From Lama guanicoe (lineage: Eukaryota): a stretch of 64,000 bases of DNA. This document shows, in pieces, positions 25,275 to 37,232 of this stretch. The notes under the pieces were generated by a model that had not been told where the DNA came from, did no database searches, and worked only from the letters and a program-made list of their open reading frames with translations. Made by a program: the position numbers and the translations under genes. The stretch covers positions 2,577,822-2,641,821 of the forward strand of contig MU053472.1 in assembly GCA_013239625.1 (NCBI GenBank), in the 5' to 3' direction. How positions within the stretch are numbered: position 1 is the stretch's first letter; every line of letters begins with the position of its first letter.

Positions 25275-27236
25275 GGAATGTGGGGGATCTGCTAACTCAC
25301 AAGTACACTCATGTCATTATACATTTGGAGACTGAGCAAAGTGAGATGGGTCCCTGGATCCACTGTGAGCTACAGTGTAATCTATTCATTACCTAGCCCC
25401 AGAACACTCCCACTCTAACAGGGAGATTGTGATAAAGCTTTGGGTGCCCAAGGATCAATGTCAAGTCAGGCTCTGTATGCAACAATCCCTAATATATTTG
25501 GGCATCACCCTTTCCTGAGGAGATGGCCATTGGTTCCTTTGAAGAAGGATTGAAGGAATGATCATACATACTTTCTGTGGTGCTTCTTCCTGGAGACCTG
25601 GCCTCTCCTTCAGTCAGTAGGTTCTAAGTTATTTGACTGCCCTCAAACTCCTAATTATCCACTCTTGATTTCTTCTGGTTGTATAGATTGAACAACTCAC
25701 TTTGTGACTCATCTAGCCCCTAGGAGGCACATTCTTATTGACCTTCTCCATAGCTCTCCTTTGATCGGTTCCTCCTGACTGTCTCTATGGTGCTGCTATT
25801 ATGATAACTGGGCCCACCTTGTTTCTGAGGTTTAAGTGCTACCACCTGGCATCCTATCAGCCCCAATGTTCTTAGAACCTGGTTTTGTAACAGCATTTCC
25901 TACCGTTAACACTGGCCCACACATAACAACCACACTAAATTTCTTAGTATTGCTGGTTCCCCCAGTAAACATTTCTTATGGATTTGGTAGATAGAATGTC
26001 CTCCAGGCCCACATGGAACACAGCTGGCTGGTGGGTTTTCTGGCATTATACAGAATATCCACTCTAATATGCCGACTTCTCTCAGCCTTTTGATCTCTTC
26101 CTTCATGATTCGCCATGATAGCTCTAGCATTTCTGCTTCACTTAGAGTGGATTGTCACTTTTTTAAGACTCCAAAAGGCAAACAGAAAGCTTAATAACAC
26201 CATTTCCCTGGATCCTTAACAGGTGTTAAATCTTATATCATGGGTCCCACATCAATAAACTCTGTTATCCAATCTTATTCAGTGTTCGTTGATCTAGCAA
26301 CCTGAGTCTGTTTCCCAGGGAACTCAGTCTATGGCCTATATGCTCTCCCAGCTCCTAAGGGTATAGGTAGACTAGCCCCTACCGCTCCTTTAGTGTACAG
26401 TCCTTTCCTCCCTCAGCAGGCCTAAGACTTCCCCTGTTAGATTATGTTGTGCCTTGACCCTAGTTATTGGTTTTGCAGCAAAGGAGAGAAAATGAGAATG
26501 GATCCTATACAAGGCATGAATTGTCCTGCAAGGCAGCACCCCCAGAATCATCTTCAAGAAAAGGGGGGAATGGTAACATTTAACAGGGAGAAGTGGGCTA
26601 CTTCCGGGGGCCCAGAGGATTCAGAGGAATTTTTAGTGCATTGACTCAGAGGATTTTGAGTTCACAGATACTGAGTTCATCGATGCAGACTCTCATCCAA
26701 AATCTTAGGGTCCCACTTCTTCCCAGTCAGGGCCCTGACCTTGGTATAGCAGATCTGACATGACAGAAAACCCAGTTTTCTTTGGAACTCTGCTACTCTT
26801 ACAAGTCCTAGTTCTGCTCCTCAGCCTTTTCTGCCCTCCAGGTGATAGGAATCTCTTTATACTCTGCTAAGGAAGGCCTCCGGTTCATCTTATGTAGGTG
26901 ATTAATGACCCTCAGCCTTTCATTGTCTTTCTCTAATGTATTTAATAGCTGGGAAAAACAGCCATCCTGTTCCAAAGTCCTTATATAATTATTTGCTTCT
27001 CTTGAAACTCTCAAATGACCCTCCAGTGCATCCCCTTCCCCCAGTCTTCTAGCCCAGTTCCCCACAGGTGAAGTTTTCACAATTACACCTCAGCCATTTG
27101 CAAAGAGTCAACATCTATACCAGTGATCAGGTCTTCACTGTCAGCCAGTTTTGGGGTGAAATAGCTCCAAAATCCCATTTTAGTCTGTTTCTCCTGGTAT
27201 CTCCTGGTACCAACTGTCATTTGGCCAACTGTCATT

Positions 27237-27830
27237 TTGTCAGTGGGATCCCCATGAAGCAGACTCTGAGATTCAGATGCAGGAGATTTATTTGGGAGTG
27301 CTATTGGTACAGGGTTGCCAGATAAAATACAGAATGCCTAGTTCAGTATGAATTTCAGATAAACAACAAATAATGCAATATTTATATGCTTATATTAAAC
27401 ATTATTCTTGTTTATCTGAAATCTAAATTTAACTGGGCCTTCTGTATTTATATGTGCTAAATCTGGCAACCCTATCTAGGGAACAACACCTATGAGAGGT
27501 GAAGAAAGTAGGCTTAAGTGGGGAGAAGTTGAACTATGAAGCAAGCGGGGCTTTAGCTGACTCTACAGGGAGGCCTAGAGATCAGATACCCCCTTGAAAG
27601 CTCTCTGCCTTGAGGAAGAAGGGTAGGACTTTATTTCTCCGTATCAACCAGCCATCAGATGCAGGCTGCACCTTGCCGGGGGTCTGATCTTACGTGAGGT
27701 AGCTCTCTTTGGCTGAAGACAATTCTCAGGGAGGTCCTCAGCCAACGGCCATCATCTGCCAACACACCCCTAGATGGGGGAATGAGTGCCTCCGCCCTTA
27801 AGAGGGGATCTGGGTGCAACCACTGCATCA
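27237..27830 (-). mobile_element. LTR16-like 5' LTR of the ERVL
   Basis: gaagcagactctgagattcagatgcaggagatttatttgggagtgct immediately adjacent to the primer binding site. Confidence 0.7.
27310..27474. mobile_element. MER53-like palindromic hAT element inside the LTR
   Basis: Perfect 13-bp terminal inverted repeats agggttgccagat (27311-27323) / atctggcaaccct (27461-27473). Confidence 0.85.
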
Positions 27831-27834
27831 GTAT

Positions 27835-28110
27835 ACCTACTGAATCAGAATCTGCATTTTAACCAAATCTCCAGGTGATGTTTATGAACATTAAAGTTCA
27901 AGAAGCACTGGTTTAAATTCTCAAACTTCTGTGTGTATTAAAATCACCCAGAGGATGATGTGTCGTTACACCACAGCTTGCTGGGCCCCACACCTGCAAT
28001 TTCTGATTCAGTATGTTTAGTGTAGAACCTGAGAATTGGCATTTTTTAACAAGTTCCCAGGTGATTCCGAGCTGTTGGTGGTTTACAGCTGACACTGAAG
28101 AACCACTGGC
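27835..28110. mobile_element. MER5-like hAT-Charlie fragments
   Basis: cctactgaatcagaatctgcattttaac...aagttcaagaagcactg and ggcattttttaacaagttcccaggtgatt...gaaccactg. Confidence 0.75.
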
Positions 28111-28706
28111 TTAAGAAATACAGACATCTATTATCTTATATACCTAGAGACAGGTTAATATTACAGCTGGTTCAGCTCCTCTAAAATGCCATCGAGAATA
28201 CAGGCTCTTTATTTCTGCTCTGCCATCATTAGGTTATTGGCCTTTGTCTTCGGTGTGGATCATTTTCTGGTTTCAAGATGGCTGCTGTATCTCCAATGAT
28301 CACATCCGTGGTCATAATGGAAGGGAGGAGAGGAGTTGTCCTCTGTTTCTTTTATGAGGAAACAAAAATGTTTTGAAGTCCCTCACTCCTGCAGATTTCT
28401 TTTTAATTTCATAAATTCATGCTATTTTAATTACTTCAATTACATTTGCGATATAGCTAGGGAGGAGAGAATTGATATACAGGGCAAGACGACTCAAAGT
28501 CTTTGCTAAAAATATTACAGAAACCCAACAAATAAAAATACCCTTCCCAACTGTCATTCACTCCTAGGAAAGGAAATGAGATAAATCCAATCCCAAGCAG
28601 ACAACAATATCTATCAATTTCCATAAAGGTGCTAAAATCTGACTAGTCTCTCCATTACTTGCATTTATCTGAAAATAAACAAACAAAAACCACGTCTCAA
28701 TGGCTT

Positions 28707-28991
28707 AAAAAAACACTATTTTTTAGAGCAGTTTTGGGCTCACAGCAAAATTGTAAGATTTCCCATATACCCCCTACTCATGCACAGCCTCCCCCATTAT
28801 CTACGTCCCCCAGTTGTTACCAGTGATGAACCTACACTGACATGTCATAATCACTCAAAGTCCAATTACCTTAGGATTCACTCTTGGTGCTGCACATTCC
28901 ATGAGTCTGGACAAACGTATAATGACATATATCCATCATTATAGTATCATTCAGAGTATTTTCACTGCCCTAAAAATCCTCTGCACTCTGC
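28707..28991 (-). mobile_element. L1MC-like 3' fragment
   Basis: TSD ctcaatggctt at 28696-28706 / 28992-29002; homologous to the 3' end near 53900-54240. Confidence 0.8.
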
Positions 28992-29129
28992 CTCAATGGC
29001 TTTTAAAATTTATTTGCTTAGAAATTTTTTGCCCTAGTTTTTCTTTTTTTTTCTTTAAGGGAATCAAGTTTGCAGACATCTTATTCTACCTCATTATCTA
29101 GAAATGGGTATATGACCAACCTATAAGCG

Positions 29130-29612
29130 CCTACATGATCTCTGACTCCCTCTCCTTCTCTCCCTTGTTCGTTACACTGTAGTCACAGTGGGAACCTTCA
29201 TGTTTCTCAAACACATAATGCATGTTCCCACCTCAGAGTTTTGACGTTTGCTATTCTCTCTGCCTGGAGCATCCTCCCACCCCCTGCAAATATCCACCTA
29301 TATGGCTCAATCCCTCACTTCCTGTCATTATTCAAATGACACCTCATCAATCAAGCCTTTCTGACCTCTCTATTTAATACTACATCACCCTGCCTCCACT
29401 GATGGTATTCCCTGTCTCCCTATCTCCGCCTTATTTTTAATAGCACATATCATCATCTGATATACTATGCATGTTATGTATTTGTTTATGATCTGCCTCT
29501 GTCTCTAGCATTATAAGCTCATGAATGCAGGAATTTTTTATTGTTCTGTACACTACTGTATCCCCAAGGCCTAAAACAGTGCTGACACATAGTAGACTCT
29601 CACTAAATATGT
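29130..29612. mobile_element. L2 3' fragment
   Basis: tataagctcatgaatgcagg...gcctaaaacagtgctgacacatagtagactctcactaaatat. Confidence 0.7.
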
Positions 29613-29619
29613 GAGGAAA

Positions 29620-30004
29620 TGCAAAACCCAGAGAGAGAGACTGACTGACTGACTGATTGAATGATTGATTGATTTTAAGAAATCAGCTTACGTTACTGTG
29701 AGAGTTGATAACTCTGAAACCTGTAGAGTAGACTGGCAGCCTGGCTACTCGGGCAGGATTTCTATGTTGCATTCTTGAGAAGAATTACTTCTTTGGAAAA
29801 CTTATCTTTGCTCTTAAGACCTTCAAATGATCAGATGAGGTCCATGCATTATGGAGGATAATCTGCTTTATTCAAAGTCTAATGATTGGAAATACTAATT
29901 ACATCTTAAAAAAAAAAACCTTCACAGCAACATCTAGACTGGTGTTTGATCAAACAACTGGGTACCATCGCCTAGCCAATTTGACACATAAAATTAACCA
30001 TCAC
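29620..30004 (-). mobile_element. MLT2 LTR
   Basis: Ends ttgacacataaaattaaccatcac and has an internal simple repeat. Confidence 0.75.
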
Positions 30005-32810
30005 TGAAAACTACACAATCCCTATTCTTTAGGAATGATAGTAAAGACAGGTAGGACATACAGAAGAATGAGGCAAATGCTGTAACAGAAGAACAAAGAA
30101 GACTCTGTGGAAGGGCAGAATTTTGGTGGAGGTGTTCAGCTGGGAAGACTTCATGAGGAAGTGGTCTTTGAGTCTTGCAGGATACATGGGATTTCGACAG
30201 GAGGAAAGCACATTTCAGACTAAGGAAACATAGAGACCTGAAAATCCTTGGCACATTTGGTAAATGGCCTTGAGTCTTCAGGAAGCCAATCCTTGCTGCC
30301 ATAGCATTCACCTCTGGTAACTTCAACTCAATGCTAATATTATGCTGCTTTAATTTGTTCATTATATTTATTTTCATGTGCACAAGTCTTGTTTCCCCAT
30401 TCTTCAAAGCAGGCAGGGACCATAGGCTATCCTTGTTTTTCACTCCTCATAATTCTCAGCTCATAGAAAGTACTTCAAATTGAACCTAAGTTATATGTCT
30501 AAGGTAGACTTGCCAGTCCACCTTAAAAGGGTCTTCTCTTCTGGTATTAATTTTTCTTGGAGAGATCACCCTCCCACTTGCTAACTGTGTGTAGTTTAAG
30601 TGGATTTGGTCCCTCCCCCAGGACCAGGAGTGGGCACATGATCCAGCCTTGGCCAGTCTTTCCTGGGAATATCCAAAGCCTTGGATGTTCAGTTTTATGA
30701 ATGTATGAGCTACCTTGTATCTTTCCAATAAGTCTTCTTCTCATTTAACTTGGTGAAATACACCTAACTAGTACATTCCTATCATTCTGTGGAGATCATA
30801 TAACAAAATACTAGTGTGTACGCGGTAGCAGATAAATTTATGTAGAGACAGTCTGAGGAGAAATAAATAGTTTAATCTTAGCTTGGCAATTGAGGCATGG
30901 CATACAAAGCTATTCACTCATAGAACATGTTATTACGCTCACATTATGCAATTAATTGCATTGTGCTAGGCACTGAGGAAATAGAAATATGAAAAAGGTG
31001 TAGTGTTTGCCAGCAAGAGCTTGTAATCTAGCAGGTAATAATAACGATGCCCCCAAATAAATAGTCATGTTAATTATAAGGGCAGGCTCTTTTACAGCCC
31101 AGGTTCTTTCTGTTGCAAGTAGCAGCAACCAATTCACAATGGCTTAAGCAATAAAGGGGATTCATTGGTTCATGCAACTTGGAAGAATGCAGTAGACTGA
31201 AGGACTCAAACCAAATTCTTGGTTGTGCCCCCCCACCTCATACACACACATATAAATCAAGGCACCTCTTAACACCATGTCAGTTTTTTGACACAGCAGA
31301 AGGAGAGAACTTCTTTTTCCTCAATTTTATAAAGGTAGATCACAGGGCAAGACTCACTGGGGGTGCTTTGGTCACATGTCTCCATCCCTCACCAGTCATT
31401 CAGGCCAAAGCAGTCGGGTGCTATGATCAGCAATGCGGGGTATATGTTACCCCTCGTCCAGTGCAATGAGTTATTGTGATTGGTATCCATATCAGAGTTA
31501 CATAGACAGTGTGCAGAGGAAAAGAGGTGGTAGTAGCTCCTATTACCGGAGATAACGAAAAAGGATGCTGCACAGACAAAACAAAGTCCATTTTAAGTGC
31601 CAGGAAAGTGACTTAAGCAGTTAAGGAGTTTAGAGCAGGGAGAGAGAGTTCACTTCTAGGGTGCTCAGTGAAGGTTTCTTGGAAGAGGGACCTTGGGCCT
31701 GAGCATTAAAAGACAGGGGTTTGGGAGGTGGAGGTGGTAAGGAGGTTTAGATGAAGGAAGGGTCATGAAAAAAGGCACTGCAGGGCTGGTTTGGTGTGTG
31801 TTTCCATTTGGCAGATTATGGAGGGTTCACATGGGGCAGGAAATAAGTAAGTACAGTGGGATTCAACTCTGAGTCTAAATAGGGTTCAACTCAGAAGTCT
31901 CACAGTTGGAACCTGCCAGGTATCTGTTTATATAAGAGACTGAGCAGCCTCCTGGGAAAAACATTACACACACTCTGCCTAATAACTAAATCATGGGGGA
32001 TTAAGGGAAGGGGAGTTTGAATTTTCTATAATTGCTTGTTTTTAACTAGATTTTGTTAACTGAAAAAGGAAGACATAGTCTAACAGTTCAAAGAGGCATT
32101 CAGTGAAAAATGATTCTCCCTCCCATCCCAGCCCCCTAGTGTCGGAGGAAGTGATTTTGAGTTCATCCCAATGGCCTCTGTTCACATTAGATCTCCTCAT
32201 TCAGTCCAAGGACCCACATTTAGGAGCCAGGTCGGGGTGGGGGGGATCCAAAGCTTAAAGTGGAAAAATCTATGTTCACTAAAATCTCTGAAAGAATCCA
32301 GGGAAACAAGATGGTCATAGGGACAGCCTAGGTACCTTGGTACCACAGCATAGCTCAAAGGGTGAGAATGTATTCTGCCTACCTGGGTAGAGACCCCACA
32401 GGGCTATGACACTAGGAGAGTTCCGGAAGACAGAATGTAGCTTTGACACATCAAAAATTCCTGCTCACCAGTGGTTTGAATGGTGCAGGTCCAGGCCTGA
32501 GGCTCTGGTGACATCAGAACCATTGGCTTCTAAGTAGGGAGAGCAGTACTATGAGGTGGAAGCGGAGAAGACAGCTCAGAAGCACGTGGAAGTCGTCATC
32601 CTCAATGGTGCATGGTGACATCAGAAGATGACCTCATAGGTTGGTGGCTGAGAGCTTGGCTTTTGGAACTGGCCTTCCTGGGCTTTATCTTGGCATTGAC
32701 ACTTACTAGATCCTATGGGTACCTACTCCACAGAATGGTGAGGATTTGTTCAGGTAACATATGTGAACATGGTGATCCAGTGTCTGGTTCATAGTAATCT
32801 TTAGTGGTAC

Positions 32811-32907
32811 TTTTTTTCAATTGAGGTAAAATTAACATATAACATTATATTAGTTTCAGGTATACGACATAATGATTCAATATTTGTACACATTGTGAAA
32901 TGGTCAC
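32811..32907 (-). mobile_element. Short L1 3' tail inside a MIR
   Basis: TSD tctttagtg at 32798 / 32908, plus a T-tail. Confidence 0.7.
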
Positions 32908-34147
32908 TCTTTAGTGTCATTATTTTATTAAGGGGCTCATCAGGATGTGGAGACCTCAGTAGACAACCCTAGTGAAAAACAATAGAGCCAAGGATAAGGG
33001 AAAAGAGCCAAAGAAGTAACAGGGGTCTTTGCAGCACTAGGGGTGGGGCTGAGCTAGGAGAATATTGTTTATTTCTGTCAGGGTGAGTCCATTGTTTCCA
33101 CTCCCAGGCCTCTAAGTCCTCAGGAGACACGAGTTATTAGGCCTGACAGGGAGTGAGGCTAGAATTCACAGTGGGTTTTGAATGCTTAGCTGAAAAGCTC
33201 AAGAGGTTATGAAGAACAACTGAAGAGAATCATATTAAGATTAATCTGGAGTTCTGTAGGAAAAAAATGTCAGAAATGGGGAAGCTCCAAGAAAGAGAGA
33301 CCAATTAAAAGATTATTACCATAGACTGTGGAAGAAGACATAAGGAGCTGAAATAGGATGGTATCATTGAAAATGGAAATGAAGGGACAGATGTGAAAGA
33401 AACACTTGGCGACAGAACTATCCCAGGATATATAAAGCATCTGCTTGCTCGAGTCTTCAATGTGTAGAGTTTTGGAAACTATGCAAACCAGCACCTTGCC
33501 ATATGGAATCTAACAATCTATCGGATTTTTTTTCATTGTTTGCATATATTGTTTTAAATAATTAAATGTTTTTTTCCAGACCAAACTTCTATTTTATTGA
33601 ACAACATATGAGATGATGACTCTCTAAAACAGATATCTTAACTGATTTTGTCTCCCTGGATCATTTTACAATTATAGATTTTAAACTATTTTACCATCTG
33701 CTGACCCATAATCAATCAAATAAGTTACTAATAAAGTTTATAGTAAGTGGTGAATATGATATTTAACAAAACATCATTATTTCTGTACTGTTGCCAACAA
33801 ATGCCCATTTCTCACATCAATGGTTTATTTCCTTTCATACTGACTTAAAATATTTATTCTCCATATTAAGGGGAAAAAAATAAATGAAAAAATCAGGATG
33901 AAACTAAATATGCCAAATAAACTTGTTAACAAATTATAACCAGATCACCAGAATTTAAGAAAAATACACTGACATTAATGACATTATTATTGCTATTACT
34001 TGCCACTATCTTCTTGGAATTCAGAATTTTGATACTAAATTCAGAACTAAAAATTAGAAACATTTAAAAATGATAGTAAAAATGTGCAAATCTAAGGCTA
34101 TAATTTGTTCAGTTATTCAGGCATCAAACTCTTTTAATATTATCATC

Positions 34148-34625
34148 TGATATTGTGATATATAGCAAAAAATATATATCCGGTTTTTGCCCCAGTTCCT
34201 GGCACAGGGCTCTAAAACTGTTGGAATTTCCTAAGTGAAAGAGCAATAAAGGTCTTTTGATATTCGAAAGAAATCACCATACCCGAGTTTATGTTAATGA
34301 GGTGACTTTTGGAAATCACATAAGGATAGAGGCTGGCTGCCAAGGGAACCAACCATGTGACTGGAGGCCTGGAACTTTCAATCCCACCCCCTTGACCTCC
34401 AAGGAAGGGGAGAAGCTGGAGACCAAGTTGAATCACCTATGGCCAATGATTTAATCAGTATGCCAATGTAATGAGGCCTCCATAAAAACCCAAAACTATG
34501 GGTTCAGAGAGCTTCCAGGTTGGTGAACGCTTGGAGATTTAGAGAGACTGGCATGCTCAGACAGCATGGAAGCTCTCTGCCCCTTTCCCCATACCTTGTC
34601 TTATGTATCTCTACCATCCGACTGC
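34148..34625 (+). mobile_element. MER21-like LTR, 3'-truncated
   Basis: Starts tgatattgtgatatatag; reverse-complement homology to 13050-13644. Confidence 0.75.
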
Positions 34626-35129
34626 TCTAACAGATCAATAAAAACAAAGACTAGCAATCTAGCAGAGAAAGATGACAGAAAAGGAAATATGAATGACTCA
34701 AAAGTTTGAAAAGAATGCTCCAATTCTCTCATTAAAAAAATGCACATTTAAACTACAATTATTTTTCCATTTTTCACCTAGAAGATTGGCAAAAAAGCAA
34801 ACAAGTGGATTACATACTACATTGGCGTGATGTGAAAAGAACATTCTCAGACATTTTAGAAGGGAATGAAAACTGGCATAACTCTATGGAACTACTGTGA
34901 ACTTTATCTAAGAAAATTACACATGCACAAACCCTTTGAACCAAAATCCACTTCTAGGAATCTGTCCTATGGATATATCTTCACCATGCAATATAACATA
35001 GTTATACAGATATTCACTGCACTATTGTTTTATTAATAGCAAAACACTGGAGTTTAAATTGTGATATATATTTTTAAAACAGTATTATCTAGCCATTAAG
35101 AGAGAAAGAAAAGGCTCCACATATACAAA

Positions 35130-35755
35130 TATTTCTATTACCTATTGCTGTAAAATAATCCACCTCAAAACTTAGTGACTTAAAACAATAATGTATAATT
35201 TCTCATAATTTGGCAGGTTGGTTTGCTCAGCTGTACAATTCTCTCTTGGAGTCTTTCATGAGATTGTAATAAGATAGGAGCTAAGACTGGAGTCATCTGA
35301 AGGCTTGACTGGGTTGCATGTCCAAGATATGGCTTCTTCACTCACATGCTTGTGTCTTAGTTGGGACAGATGGAGTAAATGAGAACTAGCCAAAAACAAA
35401 TCAATCAACATTTCTCTTTCTCTCAATCGCTCTCTCTTGTCTGCTCCTTTTCTCTCTTTCTCTCCATGCAGCCTCTCCATAGCACTAACTTGGCCTTACA
35501 ATATCATGATTTGATGGTACTTGGACTCTGACACCATGGTTGCATTGCCCCAGAACACACATTCCAAGAGCAAATATTCCAAGAACATAGAAACAGAGGC
35601 TGCTTTTAAAGTCTCAGCCTGGAATTGGTACACTGTTAATTCTGCCACATTCTACTAGGTAAGCATTCTCAGAGCCACACAAATTCAAGGGAAGAAGAAG
35701 TCAACTCTATGGGAAAATAATAAATGTTTTTGTAGCCATCTTTAATTCACCACAA
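35130..35755 (-). mobile_element. MLT1 LTR inside an old L1 3' fragment (34640-36030)
   Basis: cctattgctgtaaaataatccacctcaaaacttagtgacttaaaacaa...gccatctttaattcaccaca. Confidence 0.75.
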
Positions 35756-36437
35756 TGAATGTGAAACATTTCCTAGGCATACTGTTAAGGTAAAAAAAAA
35801 AAGGAGGGGAAAGTCTCTGTATTTAGTATGGTTTACTTACATAAATCAAGAGAATATTTTTAATACGTTACCATATGCGTGAATTATATCTGCAAAGACA
35901 CACATGAAACTGTTTTCCGGAAGGGGAGTTAGATGGCAGGGTAACAGGGATGCAGGAGACTTTTCATGGTATACCTTTTTATATGTTTTTAATTTTATAT
36001 AATGTGCATGTACTACCTATTAAAATTCTAAATCCATTTTTATGGAGAGACACATTTGGTACTCCATGTCACAAGTGACGTAAATTTTGCTTATGGTGAA
36101 TAATCTGACAATATTTTATGAAACCCATTAAAAAAATACCAGTTTGTTGTCAGCTTTGTAATGTCGTGCTCTTCAATGAGAAAAGCTTGTCTAACAGGAT
36201 CTTGTGTCAAGTTGGAGCCACTGATTAAAGCAGCAATGATTACATAACAGAACATAAAATGCAAACATATATCAGATCTTCAGGAAGTGATTGTAGGGCA
36301 AATTTCCACACACTTTACATTTTTCATTATCATGGTAAACAATTATTTAAAAAAAATCACACTCCAACAAGGCACATGAGTTTTCATTAGAAATGGTGTA
36401 AACCATAATGTTTCACTATTCAAGCCAAATTTGATTA

Positions 36438-36530
36438 AGAGGGAAGGAGGAAGGAAGGAAGGGGGAAAGGAAGGAAAGAAGAAAAGGAGGGAGGGAAGAA
36501 GGAAGAGAAGTAGGGAGGAAGGGAGGAAAG
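36438..36530. repeat. (GGAA)n-like purine tract
   Basis: Direct reading. Confidence 0.85.
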
Positions 36531-36855
36531 TTTTTTCCTATCTTTGTGAAGGACTTTTATGAAAGTGCTAGAGTTATAAAAGTAGATGTTTTATTTGGTG
36601 TGACTGTGAATAATTTCTTAATTTTGTGCAACATAAGGCTTATTTATAAATTGTTGGCATGTCAGCCAACATTACTAATTTGGAAGGCTTTAAGAAAACA
36701 GGTATCACGTGAATGTCAAAGTTTGTTTTTTTAAACATGTTCTTCTTGTACTAGGAATACTAATCTGTTCTTTTCTTATGGAGTTGTTTTTGTAAAATTC
36801 ATTGGAATAAATCTTTACTTTTGCTCATTAAAAAAAAGGTATTAAGAATCATTTT

Positions 36856-37003
36856 GGCGGGGGGAGGGTATAACTCAGTGGAAGAGCACATGCTTAGTGT
36901 ACATGAGGTCCTGGGTTCAATCTCCAGTATCGCCTCTAAGAATAAATAAATAAACAAACAAACCGAATTACCTCCCTCTACCAAAAAAAAAAAAAAAAAA
37001 GGA
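36856..37003 (+). mobile_element. Vic-1-type SINE
   Basis: ggggagggtataactcagtggaagagc...ggttcaatctcc, poly(A), TSD aagaatcRtttt (36844-36855 / 37004-37015). Confidence 0.92.
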
Positions 37004-37232
37004 AAGAATCGTTTTCCATAAACTGCCAGGTAACTGCAATAGAACAGGAATGAGACTGAGCTAATTTCAAATAATACTCATTTTCAACAACTGTATTTTG
37101 GGCCCACCTGATAGTCTTCCTGTTAAGGAGGACATGATTAAGATTTTTAAAAATAAATTAGGAGGTTGAATTCTCTGTGATTTTTTTTTCTGAAATGCAA
37201 TAAAACTATCAAGTTAAAACACAAGATTGCCA

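Larger units (their letters stand above)
23400..27236 (-). mobile_element. Decayed ERVL internal region (gag-pro-pol)
   Basis: Gag-like EEIKRLREVGILEWIF (25906..26130 ORF). RT motifs LTQGY (24400-24386) and in-frame YVDD (24301-24290), with a stop between them. tRNA-Leu-like primer binding site TGGTACCAGGAG next to the LTR. Confidence 0.85.

Noticed and set aside
29994..30443. Longest unexplained ORFs (149 aa here; 148 aa at 46058; 136 aa at 17206; 134 aa at 8364)
   Set aside because: They overlap L2, MIR, LTR or antisense L1 remnants and show no recognisable domain.
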